DNA from: Armatimonadota bacterium
GTDB lineage: Bacteria > Armatimonadota > Fimbriimonadia > Fimbriimonadales > GBS-DC
NCBI GenBank assembly: GCA_039630445.1
Contig: JBCNVA010000060.1
Coordinates: forward strand, 204 to 64,203
Direction of reading: 5' to 3'
Length of the DNA: 64,000 bases
Part shown: one piece after another, positions 18,879 to 28,565 of the stretch
Layout of the letters: each line of letters begins with the position of its first letter
Position numbering within the stretch: position 1 is the first letter of the stretch
Made by a program: the position numbers and the translations under genes
Notes under the pieces: generated by a model
The model's input: only the letters and a program-made list of their open reading frames with translations
The model's database searches: none
Told to the model about the DNA's origin: nothing

Positions 18879-21044
18879 ATGGATCTGGGCGCGTTGAACG
18901 CGGAGCAGCTGGAAGCGGTGCTGCACAAGGATGGCCCGCTGCTGGTGTTTGCGGGCGCGGGCAGCGGCAAAACGCGTGTCATCACCTACCGCATCGCGAA
19001 CCTCATCTATACCCATGGCGTCTCGCCCAGCCAGATTCTTGCTGTGACCTTCACCAACAAGGCAGCGGACGAGATGAAGGAGCGCCTGCAGCAGCTGCTT
19101 GGGATGGACATCCGCGGGCTGTGGGTCGGCACCTTTCACGCTATCTGCGCCCGCATCCTACGCGAGAGCGGACGCGCCATCGATATCCCCCCCAACTTCC
19201 TCGTCTACGACGAAAATGACCAGCTCGATCTCATCCGACAGGTGCTGAGCGAGCTGGATCTGGACGAGAAGCAGTTCAACCCGCGTGCTATTCGCAACGC
19301 GATTAGCCGTGCCAAAGAGCGCCTCATCACGCCCGAACAGTACGCCGCGCGCGCCAGCGACTTTTTTGAGCGCATCGTAGCCAGCGTCTACCCGCGCTAT
19401 CAAAAAGCCCTGCAGGCAGCGAACGCACTGGACTTTGACGACCTGCTGCTTGCCACCATTCGCCTGTTCACCGAGCAGCCGCGCGTGCTGGAACGCTACC
19501 AGCAGCAGTTCCGCTACATCCTGGTCGATGAGTATCAGGATGTGAACTATGCACAATATGTGCTGGTGCGAATGCTGGCGGAGGCGCACGGCAACCTATG
19601 CGTGGTCGGCGACGACGACCAATCAATCTATCGCTTTCGCGGCGCGGAGCCAGAACTCATCCTGCGCTTTGAAAAAGACTTCCCGAATGCGAAGGTGGTC
19701 AAGCTGGAGCGCAACTATCGCTCCACGCAGCCGATTCTGGACGCGGCGTTCCATATCATTCGGCAGAACAAGGTGCGCGTGCCCAAGCGTCTCTGGACGG
19801 AGCGCACGCACGGCACGCCCGTCACGCTAACGCCCGTTAGCGACGAGGAGGAGGAAGCCCGCCTTGTTGCCGAATACATCCAGCGTCAGGTCTATCTCGG
19901 GCGACGCCGCTACGGCGATTTCGCCATTCTCTATCGCACGAACGCGCAATCCCGTGCCTTTGAGGAGCGGTTCCTGCGCGAGCGCATCCCGCACCGCATC
20001 GTGGGTGCGCTACGCTTCTACGACCGCAAAGAGATCAAAGATTTAATCGCCTACTTGCGTCTGGTGGTCAATCCCGACGATGCGGTGAGCTTGCGACGCA
20101 TCATCAACACCCCGCCTCGCAAGATTGGGCAGCAGACGCTGCTCGCCATTCAGCTGCACGCTGCCGAGCGGGTCATTAGCCCCTATCGCGCGATGCAGGA
20201 TCCCGACCTGCTCAAGCTGATGCCGGCGCAGACGGTCAAGGCGATTCAGGGCTTTGTGGAGCTTATAGAGGATCTGCGTGCCTTTGCCGAGCGCGAGCCG
20301 CTGACCCCTCTCGTGAAGCGCCTCATCGAGCGTACAGGCTATCTCGCTTGGCTGGAGGAGCGCAAGGATGCCGAATCGGTGGATCGCGCGGCGAATGTGC
20401 GTGAGTTCCTGAATGTGGTGCAGCGGTTCGAGGAAACGGCGGAGGAGACCCACGGCGATGCCTCGCCGATGGCGTTCCTGCAACATGTAGCGCTGGTGAC
20501 AGATGCGGACATGCTGGGCGAGCGAGGCAACCAGGTGCTGCTGATGACGCTGCACACCGCCAAAGGGCTGGAGTTCCCCGTGGTCTTTCTGGTCGGCTTG
20601 GAGAACGGCTTGCTGCCCCACGCGCTTTCCGAGACGCCTGCCGATATTGAGGAGGAGCGTCGCCTCTGCTATGTGGGCATGACGCGCGCCATCGATGAGC
20701 TGCACCTGCTGTTTGCCCAGTCGCGCCGCTACTATGGCAGTCGCCGCTGGAGCGAGCCGTCGCCCTTTTTGCGTGCGCTGAAAGAGGTCGAAACGCCCAC
20801 ACTCTATCAGCTCATGTTCCGCAGCGCGGCTGAAGCCGCCTCGTCCAGCAGCCCCTCGGCATCGTCTGGACATGCGCCCGCGGCACAGCCGCTCTTTCTG
20901 CCCGGTCAGCGTGTGCGCCACCCCCAGTATGGGTTTGGCGTTGTCGTCCGTGCCACCGACCACGCGATCACCGTGATGTTTCCCGGCGGCACGGGGATGC
21001 TCACCTTCCCCGCGAGCGAGGCGCCGTTGGAAGTGATGCGCTAA
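18879..21044 (+). CDS. pcrA: ATP-dependent DNA helicase PcrA/UvrD
   Basis: VFAGAGSGKTRVIT, TFHA, DEYQDVN, YRS, TLHTAKGLEFPVVF, VGMTRA. Confidence 0.93.
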   Translation: MDLGALNAEQLEAVLHKDGPLLVFAGAGSGKTRVITYRIANLIYTHGVSPSQILAVTFTNKAADEMKERLQQLLGMDIRGLWVGTFHAICARILRESGRAIDIPPNFLVYDENDQLDLIRQVLSELDLDEKQFNPRAIRNAISRAKERLITPEQYAARASDFFERIVASVYPRYQKALQAANALDFDDLLLATIRLFTEQPRVLERYQQQFRYILVDEYQDVNYAQYVLVRMLAEAHGNLCVVGDDDQSIYRFRGAEPELILRFEKDFPNAKVVKLERNYRSTQPILDAAFHIIRQNKVRVPKRLWTERTHGTPVTLTPVSDEEEEARLVAEYIQRQVYLGRRRYGDFAILYRTNAQSRAFEERFLRERIPHRIVGALRFYDRKEIKDLIAYLRLVVNPDDAVSLRRIINTPPRKIGQQTLLAIQLHAAERVISPYRAMQDPDLLKLMPAQTVKAIQGFVELIEDLRAFAEREPLTPLVKRLIERTGYLAWLEERKDAESVDRAANVREFLNVVQRFEETAEETHGDASPMAFLQHVALVTDADMLGERGNQVLLMTLHTAKGLEFPVVFLVGLENGLLPHALSETPADIEEERRLCYVGMTRAIDELHLLFAQSRRYYGSRRWSEPSPFLRALKEVETPTLYQLMFRSAAEAASSSSPSASSGHAPAAQPLFLPGQRVRHPQYGFGVVVRATDHAITVMFPGGTGMLTFPASEAPLEVMR

Positions 21045-22315
21045 AGCGGTTCCACATCGCGCACCACGCCCATAAACAGCACCGCGCCCGTCGCGTTATG
21101 CCGAATCGCGAAGAAGAAGGGGCGGTTCGCTATCAGCGTGAAGCGGTTCGGATTGTATTGTAGTGCGAATTCTATACCTGTCGCAGCCGCAGCTTTGGTG
21201 CCCTCCTCGTTCACCTCCACAATCGCCTTCTGCAGCACTTTGGAAATGAACAGGCGTGCAACTGTTATGGGCGCTATCCCACTCAGATCGGCACGCTCGG
21301 GATCAAAGGCGTCCGTCATGCCCATCGCCATAAGCGGCTCATTCAACGGATAGGTTGCCTCGATGCGGAACCGCGGCAGCCCCACATCGCCCTCTGTTGG
21401 TTCGAGCTTGGCAAGCCACTCCTTCCAGCGCTCCGACGTCAGCGACTTCAGGAACTCATCGATGGAGCGTCCCTCATCGGGCAGGAAAAGATAAAAACTC
21501 ACTGTCCCATCGCCATACGGCAGCGCGACCGCCTGAAAGCCCTCGCCCTTGAGGTAATCGAACTTGCCCGATTGATGCATCATCGGCACACGCTCTGTCT
21601 TGCCATCGGGCAAGTAGAACTCCTGCTCGGTTGTCGCCTCCTTGTTGAACGGTTTCTGCCACTTGCCCTTGAAGTAGAGCGTGTTGACCACCACGAGGCG
21701 GGTGTATTCGTTGAACGCTTCTGGTTGAAACAGCTCGGTAATCAGCCCTTTAGTGTGCTCTTTCACCCAATCGTTGATGCGCTGGGCTGCCCCTGCACGG
21801 TTCTGAACGAAGTTCACAGTGTCCACTTGCGCCTCATAATGCTTCTGGCATGCCTGGACGAAGCTGGGCAAGGGGGAGAAACCCTCCTGCACCCACAGTG
21901 AGTTAGCGATGAGCGTTTCGATTTTGGGGTCAGGCGAGCGCAAGAGGTAAAGCAGCGACGCATTTTCGGTGTTGATGGCATCTATCTGTTGTTTGCCGTA
22001 GCCCAAGGCTTCCGCCATCTGGCGATAGGTCTCGCCGCGGGCGCCGTTCAGCACCATCGTCAGGGCGAGCGACGCGCTCATCGGCGAGAAAAAGAGGTTC
22101 GGTTGCTCCCGCCGCTTGTCCAACTCCTGCAACAGCTGGAATCCGAACTTCAAATGCGCCTCAACGCGCTGGGGTTTGATATCCACTGGACGCCTCCGCT
22201 GGGTCGTCTCTTTGCCCGATTCGGACGACCCTGTGCCGATGCCACTGGTGCCGCAACCTCCCAGCACCAGCACACCTATCAGCCCTATCCAGATGATCCG
22301 CATTCGCCTTATCAT
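21041..22315 (-). CDS. serpin-family lipoprotein (probable inhibitory serpin)
   Basis: Lipobox VLGGCG; FSPMSASLALTMVLNGARGET; hinge/RCL EEGTKAAAATGIEFALQY; C-terminal NRPFFFAIRH. Confidence 0.9.
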   Translation of the reverse strand: MIRRMRIIWIGLIGVLVLGGCGTSGIGTGSSESGKETTQRRRPVDIKPQRVEAHLKFGFQLLQELDKRREQPNLFFSPMSASLALTMVLNGARGETYRQMAEALGYGKQQIDAINTENASLLYLLRSPDPKIETLIANSLWVQEGFSPLPSFVQACQKHYEAQVDTVNFVQNRAGAAQRINDWVKEHTKGLITELFQPEAFNEYTRLVVVNTLYFKGKWQKPFNKEATTEQEFYLPDGKTERVPMMHQSGKFDYLKGEGFQAVALPYGDGTVSFYLFLPDEGRSIDEFLKSLTSERWKEWLAKLEPTEGDVGLPRFRIEATYPLNEPLMAMGMTDAFDPERADLSGIAPITVARLFISKVLQKAIVEVNEEGTKAAAATGIEFALQYNPNRFTLIANRPFFFAIRHNATGAVLFMGVVRDVEPL

Positions 22316-22402
22316 CTTAACCTCCCTGCTTTTGTTGTTTCGAATCGTTAGACGAGTCGGGTCAAGCGGGGTTTCTGAGGCTTTATCGGGTTGGGGTGAG
22401 CA

Positions 22403-22410
22403 GGTATCCT
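22403..22410 (+). promoter_or_regulatory. candidate -10 element GGTATCCT; ffh probably leaderless
   Basis: 9 nt to ATG 22420, which gives the canonical MFESLTDKLQ N-terminus. Confidence 0.45.
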
Positions 22411-22419
22411 TTCGACACG

Positions 22420-23769
22420 ATGTTTGAGAGCCTGACGGACAAGTTGCAGGGCATTTTCGAGCGGCTTCGGGGGCGCGGGCGGCTCGATGAGAAGACGGTG
22501 GACGAGGTGCTGCGCGAGATTCGGCTCGCCCTACTGGAAGCGGATGTGAACTTCCGTGTGGTGAAGGAGTTCATCGCGCGGGTACGGGAGAAAGCGGTCG
22601 GCGAGGAGGTGCTGAAAAGCCTCACGCCCGACCAGCAAGTGATCCGCATCGTGCGGGATGAACTAATTGCGCTGCTGGGGGGTGAGGCGGAGCCGATTCG
22701 CTGGGCGTCGCAGCCCCCCACGGTATTTATGCTCTGCGGCTTGCAGGGTTCTGGAAAGACGACTACCGCTGCTAAGCTGGCTCGCTGGCTGCGCTCGCAA
22801 GGTCGCAACCCCCTGCTGGTTGCTGCTGACTTGCAACGCCCCGCCGCCATCAAGCAGTTGGAAGTGCTGGGGCAGCAGGTGAATATTCCCGTGTTCACCC
22901 CGGCGCAGGGCAACGCCTCCGACGCGGTGCAGACCGCCCAACGCGCCATCGCCCACGCCCGCGCGAATGGGCTTGATGTCGTTGTGCTGGATACCGCTGG
23001 ACGCCTGCAAATCAACGAGCCACTAATGGCGGAGCTGGAGCAGATCAAAGCTGCCCTGCAGCCCCAGGAAATCCTGCTGGTCGTGGACGCCACGACGGGT
23101 CAGGAGGCGGTCAATGTCGCGCAGGCGTTCCATGAGCGATTGGGGCTGACAGGCGTGATCCTGACAAAGATGGATGGGGACGCGCGTGGGGGTGCAGCGC
23201 TCTCCCTCAAGGCAGTGATTGGCAAGCCCGTGCGCTTTATCGGCACGGGCGAGCGCGTCGACGCGCTGGAGCCATTCTACCCCGACCGAATCGCCAGTCG
23301 CATCCTCGGCATGGGCGATGTGCTGTCGCTCATTGAACGGGTGGAGCAGACCATGCAGGAAGAGGAGGCACGGCGGCTGGAGAAAAAGCTGCGTGAGGCA
23401 CGCTTCGATTTCGAAGATATGCTGCAACAGATTCGCCAGATCCAGCGGATGGGTCCTTTTGAGCAGCTGCTCAAACTCTTGCCGGGCTATCAGCAGCTCC
23501 GAAGCCAGTTGGGGGAAGTGGGGGTGGATGAGCGTGCGCTCAAACGCGCGGAGGCGATTATCCTTTCGATGACGCCCAAAGAGCGTCGCCATCCCGAAAT
23601 TCTCGACTACAGTCGCAAGCTGCGCATCGCGCGGGGGAGCGGCACCAAACTGGAGGAGGTGAACGCGCTGGTGCGCCAGCTGATGGAGATGCGCCGCCTG
23701 ATGAAGCAACTCGCCAAGCAAGAGGAGCAGATGCGCCGCCGCAAGTGGCTACCCTTTGGACGACGATAA
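22420..23769 (+). CDS. ffh: signal recognition particle protein Ffh
   Basis: MFESLTDKLQ.., GLQGSGKTTTAAKLA, DTAGR, TKMDGDARGG, Met-rich M domain. Start moved from GTG 22396 to ATG 22420. Confidence 0.95.
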   Translation: MFESLTDKLQGIFERLRGRGRLDEKTVDEVLREIRLALLEADVNFRVVKEFIARVREKAVGEEVLKSLTPDQQVIRIVRDELIALLGGEAEPIRWASQPPTVFMLCGLQGSGKTTTAAKLARWLRSQGRNPLLVAADLQRPAAIKQLEVLGQQVNIPVFTPAQGNASDAVQTAQRAIAHARANGLDVVVLDTAGRLQINEPLMAELEQIKAALQPQEILLVVDATTGQEAVNVAQAFHERLGLTGVILTKMDGDARGGAALSLKAVIGKPVRFIGTGERVDALEPFYPDRIASRILGMGDVLSLIERVEQTMQEEEARRLEKKLREARFDFEDMLQQIRQIQRMGPFEQLLKLLPGYQQLRSQLGEVGVDERALKRAEAIILSMTPKERRHPEILDYSRKLRIARGSGTKLEEVNALVRQLMEMRRLMKQLAKQEEQMRRRKWLPFGRR

Positions 23770-23777
23770 GCGACACA

Positions 23778-23927
23778 CCTCGCCCTAAGGGCTTCGCTTG
23801 GAATGACAACGCGGCTTGGTAAAAATGAACCTGTCATTCCGAGCCGAAGGCGAGGAATCTGAGACCCCTCGCTCCGCTCGGGGTGACAGACAGAATGCCT
23901 GTCATTCCGAGCCGAAGGCGAGGAATC
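23778..23927. repeat. REP/MITE-like element cluster (GTCATTCCGAGCCGAAGGCGAGGAATC family)
   Basis: Perfect 30-bp direct repeat cctgtcattccgagccgaaggcgaggaatc at 23830-23859 and 23898-23927. A diverged inverted copy lies at 23778-23807 (its reverse complement reads gtcattccaagcgaagcccttagggcgagg). Confidence 0.8.
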
Positions 23928-23974
23928 CCAGAACAGTTGGCAAATTGGGTATAGAAGATATAGGGGGTAAGAGC

Positions 23975-26029
23975 ATGCAGGACCTCTACGGAGAGTGGCA
24001 GGAGTGGGGCAACGGGCAGCCCTCAACAGGGCGACGCCTCATCGGGCGCGTAGTCGGCACAGAACGCCAGCCCAATACCGCCTTCCAGTTCCATTTCTGG
24101 GCGACACCCGATAGCCCCGTCGGCATCGGCACGCTCGTCGTGGTGCATACCCCGCAACGCACCGTGTGGGGCGTTGTGATCGAAGGGCAGGGCTATAACG
24201 ATGTCGCCAGCCCGATGTTCGACTATCTGGGTGCGGACGGCGACCCCAATTCGCTGCCGCCAACCCTTCGCCCCGAAATTCGGGTCTACACCGCTGCTGT
24301 GCTGCGTCACGACCCTGAACAGCCTGTGCAGCCCGTACCCATCGGACCTGTCTATCTCGCAACCGAGCAGGATGTGCTGATCGCCCTGCGCATCGACACC
24401 ATACCCGAAGAGCGGCGCATCCCCATCGGCATCTATCAGAGTGGCAACCTGAAGGCACCCGTCTACCTCGACGCCGACTTCCTGCTGGGACCCGAAGCAG
24501 GGCATCTGAATGTGACAGGCACCAGTGGACTGGCAGCCAAGACGAGCGCGATCCAGTTTTTGGTCTCCGCCATTTTCCAGAAGGTGAAACGCTCAGTAGC
24601 AGCGGTCTGCTTCAATGTCAAGGGGGGCGATCTGCTCTTTGTGGATCAGCCTCCTGCCCATCAACTCAGCCCAGAAGACCTTGAGATCTACCGACTGTTG
24701 GGGATTCGCCCCGAACCGTTCCCGCGCGTGGAGTACTATGCCCCCTATAAGCCTGACCGCCTGAACCTTGCCACCCTGCGCACCAATTCCAAGCTGCAGG
24801 GCACAGTCAAGCCCCTCATGTGGGGGCTACAGGAAGTGATGCGCTATGTGGAGGTGCTGCTCAACCGTGACGATGTGGATGTCAAAGCGGATGCCTTCCT
24901 GCAATTTCTGCGCCAGCGCGTGATCGAGACGGGGCGGTTCCGCTTCGAAAACGAGGAAGCAGACTTTATGGAGCAGATGGGGCTGCCTGTCGAGTTGCGC
25001 GTGACCGACTTCACCGATCTGGTGGCGTGGTTTGAGCAGGTGCTGCGCTATATGGAGCGCACGAACAAGCGTCAGTGGCGCAGCTTCGCCATCGAGACCA
25101 TCCGCAAGATTCAGAACCGCCTTGTCAACCTCACTACGCGCTTTGCAGGGCTGGTCGCCGAAAGCGATGTGGTGCACGATTTGCCTTGGGGACAGTTCCA
25201 GGATCGCACGCTTTATGTGATTGATGTAGCAAACATGTCGGCGGAGGCGCAGGATCTGATTTTCACGCGCATCGTGGCGGAGCTGCGCGAGCGGATGGAG
25301 AAACGCCAGCTGGGCGTGGAGACGGTGATTGTGATTGTGGACGAGCTGAACCAGTATGCACCTGCCAGTGCGCGTGAGACCTATGTGATGCGCACGCTCC
25401 GTGACATCTGCGCCCGTGGACGCTATCTGGGGCTGGTGCTGTTTGGGGCGCAGCAGTTCCGCTCGCAGGTGGACAAGCAGCTGATTGGCAACGCCTCTAC
25501 CTCGCTCTACGGGCGCATCGAGATGGAGGAGCTGGCACAGCCCGGCTACCAGATTTTCGGTCCTGCGGTGAAGGAGAAGATGGGCACGCTCTCGCCTGGG
25601 GAGGTGCTGGTGCGTCACCCCTACTTCACGCAGCCGATTTTCGTGCGCTTCCCGCGCCCTGCGCTGATGCGCGGACAGGACGGGCTGCAGCTTTACCCGC
25701 CCGAACCTGAGATGGCTTTGGAGGAGGCAGTCTGGCGCAACCTGCGCGAGTTAGACCCCTCCATCACGCGCAACGCCGTTGCGGATATCATTGCCCGCAC
25801 CTGCGATGGCAGCGGTCAGCCTAATCATCAGGCGGTAGTCGACGCGCTCAACCGCGTGCTGGTCGAACGCCCACCTGCGGGGCAGGTGCTGACCCGTTTC
25901 GAACGGCTGATCCCTGAACGCCCACCCGTGCGCACCGTCGCCCCCGCGGATGACCTGTTCCCTCCGCCCTTCGTGGAGGATATCGATTGGGACGACGAGT
26001 TCGAGGACGGCGAAGACCCGTTCCGATAG
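23975..26029 (+). CDS. HerA/FtsK-like (DUF87-type) ATPase, orphan
   Basis: N-terminal HAS-barrel-like segment (RLIGRVVGTE..GTLVVVH); P-loop-like NVTGTSGLAAKTS; Walker B VIVIVDELNQYAP; GLVLFGAQQFRSQVD..IGNASTSLYGRI; acidic tail DIDWDDEFEDGEDPF. Start at ATG 23975 (GGGGGT SD), not 23816, which translates the REP elements. Confidence 0.75.
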   Translation: MQDLYGEWQEWGNGQPSTGRRLIGRVVGTERQPNTAFQFHFWATPDSPVGIGTLVVVHTPQRTVWGVVIEGQGYNDVASPMFDYLGADGDPNSLPPTLRPEIRVYTAAVLRHDPEQPVQPVPIGPVYLATEQDVLIALRIDTIPEERRIPIGIYQSGNLKAPVYLDADFLLGPEAGHLNVTGTSGLAAKTSAIQFLVSAIFQKVKRSVAAVCFNVKGGDLLFVDQPPAHQLSPEDLEIYRLLGIRPEPFPRVEYYAPYKPDRLNLATLRTNSKLQGTVKPLMWGLQEVMRYVEVLLNRDDVDVKADAFLQFLRQRVIETGRFRFENEEADFMEQMGLPVELRVTDFTDLVAWFEQVLRYMERTNKRQWRSFAIETIRKIQNRLVNLTTRFAGLVAESDVVHDLPWGQFQDRTLYVIDVANMSAEAQDLIFTRIVAELRERMEKRQLGVETVIVIVDELNQYAPASARETYVMRTLRDICARGRYLGLVLFGAQQFRSQVDKQLIGNASTSLYGRIEMEELAQPGYQIFGPAVKEKMGTLSPGEVLVRHPYFTQPIFVRFPRPALMRGQDGLQLYPPEPEMALEEAVWRNLRELDPSITRNAVADIIARTCDGSGQPNHQAVVDALNRVLVERPPAGQVLTRFERLIPERPPVRTVAPADDLFPPPFVEDIDWDDEFEDGEDPFR

Positions 26030-26054
26030 GGAAAGCGGTACTCTGGAAGTGCCC

Positions 26055-27782
26055 TCAGACGGTCTCCAGCCGCGCGGCGTGATAGAGGCGGGCGTAGTAG
26101 CCGTTGCGGGCTAATAGCTCCTGATGCGTGCCCTGCTCTTTCAGCTCGCCGCGATGCAGCACCAAAATTCGGTCAGCGCACTGCACCGTCGTCCAGCGAT
26201 GGGCGATAATCAGGGTGGTGCGCTTGCCCCGCCCCTCCTCGATCACGCGCTGGATCATCCGCTCCGATACAGGGTCCAACGCAGCGGTCGCCTCGTCCAG
26301 GATCAGGATGCGCGGGTCGCGAAGGAGGGCGCGTGCAATCGCTATCCGCTGGCTCTCACCCCCAGAGAGGCGCACCCCCTTATCGCCAAGCAGCGTGTGG
26401 TACCCCTCTGGCAAGCGCTCGATGAATTCGTGGGCGTGCGCGGCGCGGGCAGCTGCCTCGATCTCCTCCATGCTGGCGTTGGGCTTGCCGTAAGCAATGT
26501 TCTCAGCGATTGTGCCCACAAACAGCACCGTCTGCTGGGGCACGACCCCAATCTGCTGGCGCAGGCTCTCCAGCTGCACCCGACTCAAGTCATACCCATC
26601 GATGCGAATCACGCCCTGCTGCGGGGTGTAGAAGCGTAGCAGCAGATCCACCAAGGTGCTTTTGCCTGCGCCCGAATGCCCCACCAGAGCAACCACCTCG
26701 CCCGGCTCGATGGTGAACGAGAGGTTGCGCAACGCCTGCTCGCCAGTCGGATAGCGAAAGGAGACATTTTCGAACTCGATGCGTCCCTGCAGGCGCGGCA
26801 GCGGGATCGCATCGGGCGCGTCGTACACCTCCGGCTCCACATCCAGCACCTCGCGAAAGATGCGCTCCGCTGCCGCACGGATCTGCTTGCGAGTCAGCAC
26901 AATCGAACCGACACCGTTGGCTGCCTGCGCAATCTGATGCAGCAGGAACAGGAAGCTCATCAGCTGCCCCGTGCTCATGTGCCCCGAGGCGACCTGATGC
27001 CCACCAAACCATAGCACCAGCGCAATACTCACCGCGCCGATGAACTCCACCGTGGGGCGCAGGCGCGCCCGACGACGCTCCCCTTTGAGCGAATGGCGCA
27101 ATACCTGCCGATTGCGCAGGGCAAACCGCTCGATCTCGCGATCCTCCATCGCGAAGGCTTTGACGATGCGCACGCCCGAAAGCGTCTCCTGCACCAGCGC
27201 AGTGATGTCCGCCAGCGCGCCCTGCGTCTGATGCGTGATGCGATGAATCTGTCGCCCTAATCGCTGAATCAGCAGCGCAATCGCAGGCAGCGCGAGGCAC
27301 GCCAGCAACGCTAACCGCCAGTTCAGATAGAAAATGTAAATCAAGAACGCCACGATGCGCAACGGGGCATCCAGCACATCGCGCACCAACACAACCCCAC
27401 CCTGCAGCACAGGTACATCATTTGTCAGAATTGACTGCAACGCGCCCACCTGACGCGACTGAAAGAAGCTCAGCGGGAGCCGCTGCATGTGTGCAAACAC
27501 ATCCTCGCGCAGGTGCGCCATCATCCGCTGCGCCGCTAACGCAAGATAGTAGACATGCCCGTAGGAGAAGAACCACTTCAGCGCGAACACCCCAACGACA
27601 ATCAACGAGATGGTGTTCAGCTGCGCTGGGTCTTTGAACTCCATCGACTGGATGACGCGCTCCAGCAGGTAGGCGGTGAACCCAGTGATGGCGGTGACAC
27701 CGACGGCGCAAATGAGCGCAACCAGCAGCGGTTTCCACTGCCGCGCGACATACCGCCAGAACCTGCGCTCAATTGCGTCCAT
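26055..27782 (-). CDS. ABC exporter, fused permease/ATPase (MsbA / multidrug type)
   Basis: Six-TM domain; Walker A GHSGAGKST; signature LSGGESQRIAIARA; Walker B ILILDEATAALD. Confidence 0.9.
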   Translation of the reverse strand: MDAIERRFWRYVARQWKPLLVALICAVGVTAITGFTAYLLERVIQSMEFKDPAQLNTISLIVVGVFALKWFFSYGHVYYLALAAQRMMAHLREDVFAHMQRLPLSFFQSRQVGALQSILTNDVPVLQGGVVLVRDVLDAPLRIVAFLIYIFYLNWRLALLACLALPAIALLIQRLGRQIHRITHQTQGALADITALVQETLSGVRIVKAFAMEDREIERFALRNRQVLRHSLKGERRRARLRPTVEFIGAVSIALVLWFGGHQVASGHMSTGQLMSFLFLLHQIAQAANGVGSIVLTRKQIRAAAERIFREVLDVEPEVYDAPDAIPLPRLQGRIEFENVSFRYPTGEQALRNLSFTIEPGEVVALVGHSGAGKSTLVDLLLRFYTPQQGVIRIDGYDLSRVQLESLRQQIGVVPQQTVLFVGTIAENIAYGKPNASMEEIEAAARAAHAHEFIERLPEGYHTLLGDKGVRLSGGESQRIAIARALLRDPRILILDEATAALDPVSERMIQRVIEEGRGKRTTLIIAHRWTTVQCADRILVLHRGELKEQGTHQELLARNGYYARLYHAARLETV

Positions 27783-27791
27783 CAGCGCATG

Positions 27792-28565
27792 TTATACCTC
27801 GCCTTCAGGCAAGGTCAGTCCGAAGTGACGCATGCAAAGGGGCAGATATTCGCACTCCACGCAGTGGGCAATCGGCTCTGGCTGCAGCTGCTCAAAGTCG
27901 GTGTCTAAAATTTGGTGGGCAATATCGTCCAGCAGCAGGGCGAACTCCTGCAGCTGGTCCGGGGCAAGGGCAACGGTCGCTTTCTCGCCCGCGCGCAGGG
28001 CGTAAATCGAGATGAGAAGTGGGCGATCTGGGTAGTAGTGCTGAAGCAGCAGCGCATAGCAGTGGAGGGCAAGATCGTTCGCCACCTGTTCCTCCGTCAC
28101 GACGAGGCGCTGGCTCTTGTAGTCGATAATCTCCAGCGTGCCATCGGGATACTCGTCCACGCGATCGATTCGCCCCAGCAGCACATAGTCGCCCCGATCC
28201 ATGCGCAGGAGCTTCTCGGTCAGCAGCGTGCGGGCAGGTGAGGGTTGGGCTGCCTGACGCGCGTAGTAGTCGGTGATGAGTGCGTGTCCTATCTGCTTGT
28301 GCGCCTCGCTCTGTTCGGGCGTTTCGAAGCCCTCTGCGCTCCAGAGTGCTTCCAGCGCATGCGCGACCTGTTCAGGGGAGAGGACTTCGACACCGCCCAG
28401 CTCATGGAACACCTGTAGCACGCGGTGCAGGTTTGCCCCCATCGCCAGCGCCGGGTTCGGACGGCGGAACTGACGTCCCAGCGGCGAGAGATACGCCCAA
28501 TAGTATTTCACTCGGCAGGTCAGATAGGTCTGGATGCGTGTGGGGCTGAGCGTGGGCTTACGCAT
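27792..28565 (-). CDS. PD-(D/E)XK nuclease with Cas4/AddB-type Fe-S cysteines
   Basis: GRIDRVD .. LEIIDYKS (D..D/ExK core). One N-terminal Cys (YLTCRVKY) plus C-terminal HCVECEYLPLC. Start at ATG 28565, 4 nt after the GAF gene stop. Confidence 0.8.
   Translation of the reverse strand: MRKPTLSPTRIQTYLTCRVKYYWAYLSPLGRQFRRPNPALAMGANLHRVLQVFHELGGVEVLSPEQVAHALEALWSAEGFETPEQSEAHKQIGHALITDYYARQAAQPSPARTLLTEKLLRMDRGDYVLLGRIDRVDEYPDGTLEIIDYKSQRLVVTEEQVANDLALHCYALLLQHYYPDRPLLISIYALRAGEKATVALAPDQLQEFALLLDDIAHQILDTDFEQLQPEPIAHCVECEYLPLCMRHFGLTLPEGEV

Noticed and set aside
20043-20963. 306-aa minus-strand ORF
   Set aside because: It is antisense to pcrA. No motifs.
23816-23974. N-terminal 53-codon extension of the HerA-like ORF
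   Set aside because: It merely translates the REP-like repeats (SFRAEGEESE.., HSEPKARNP). An SD plus ATG at 23975 gives a sensible N-terminus.
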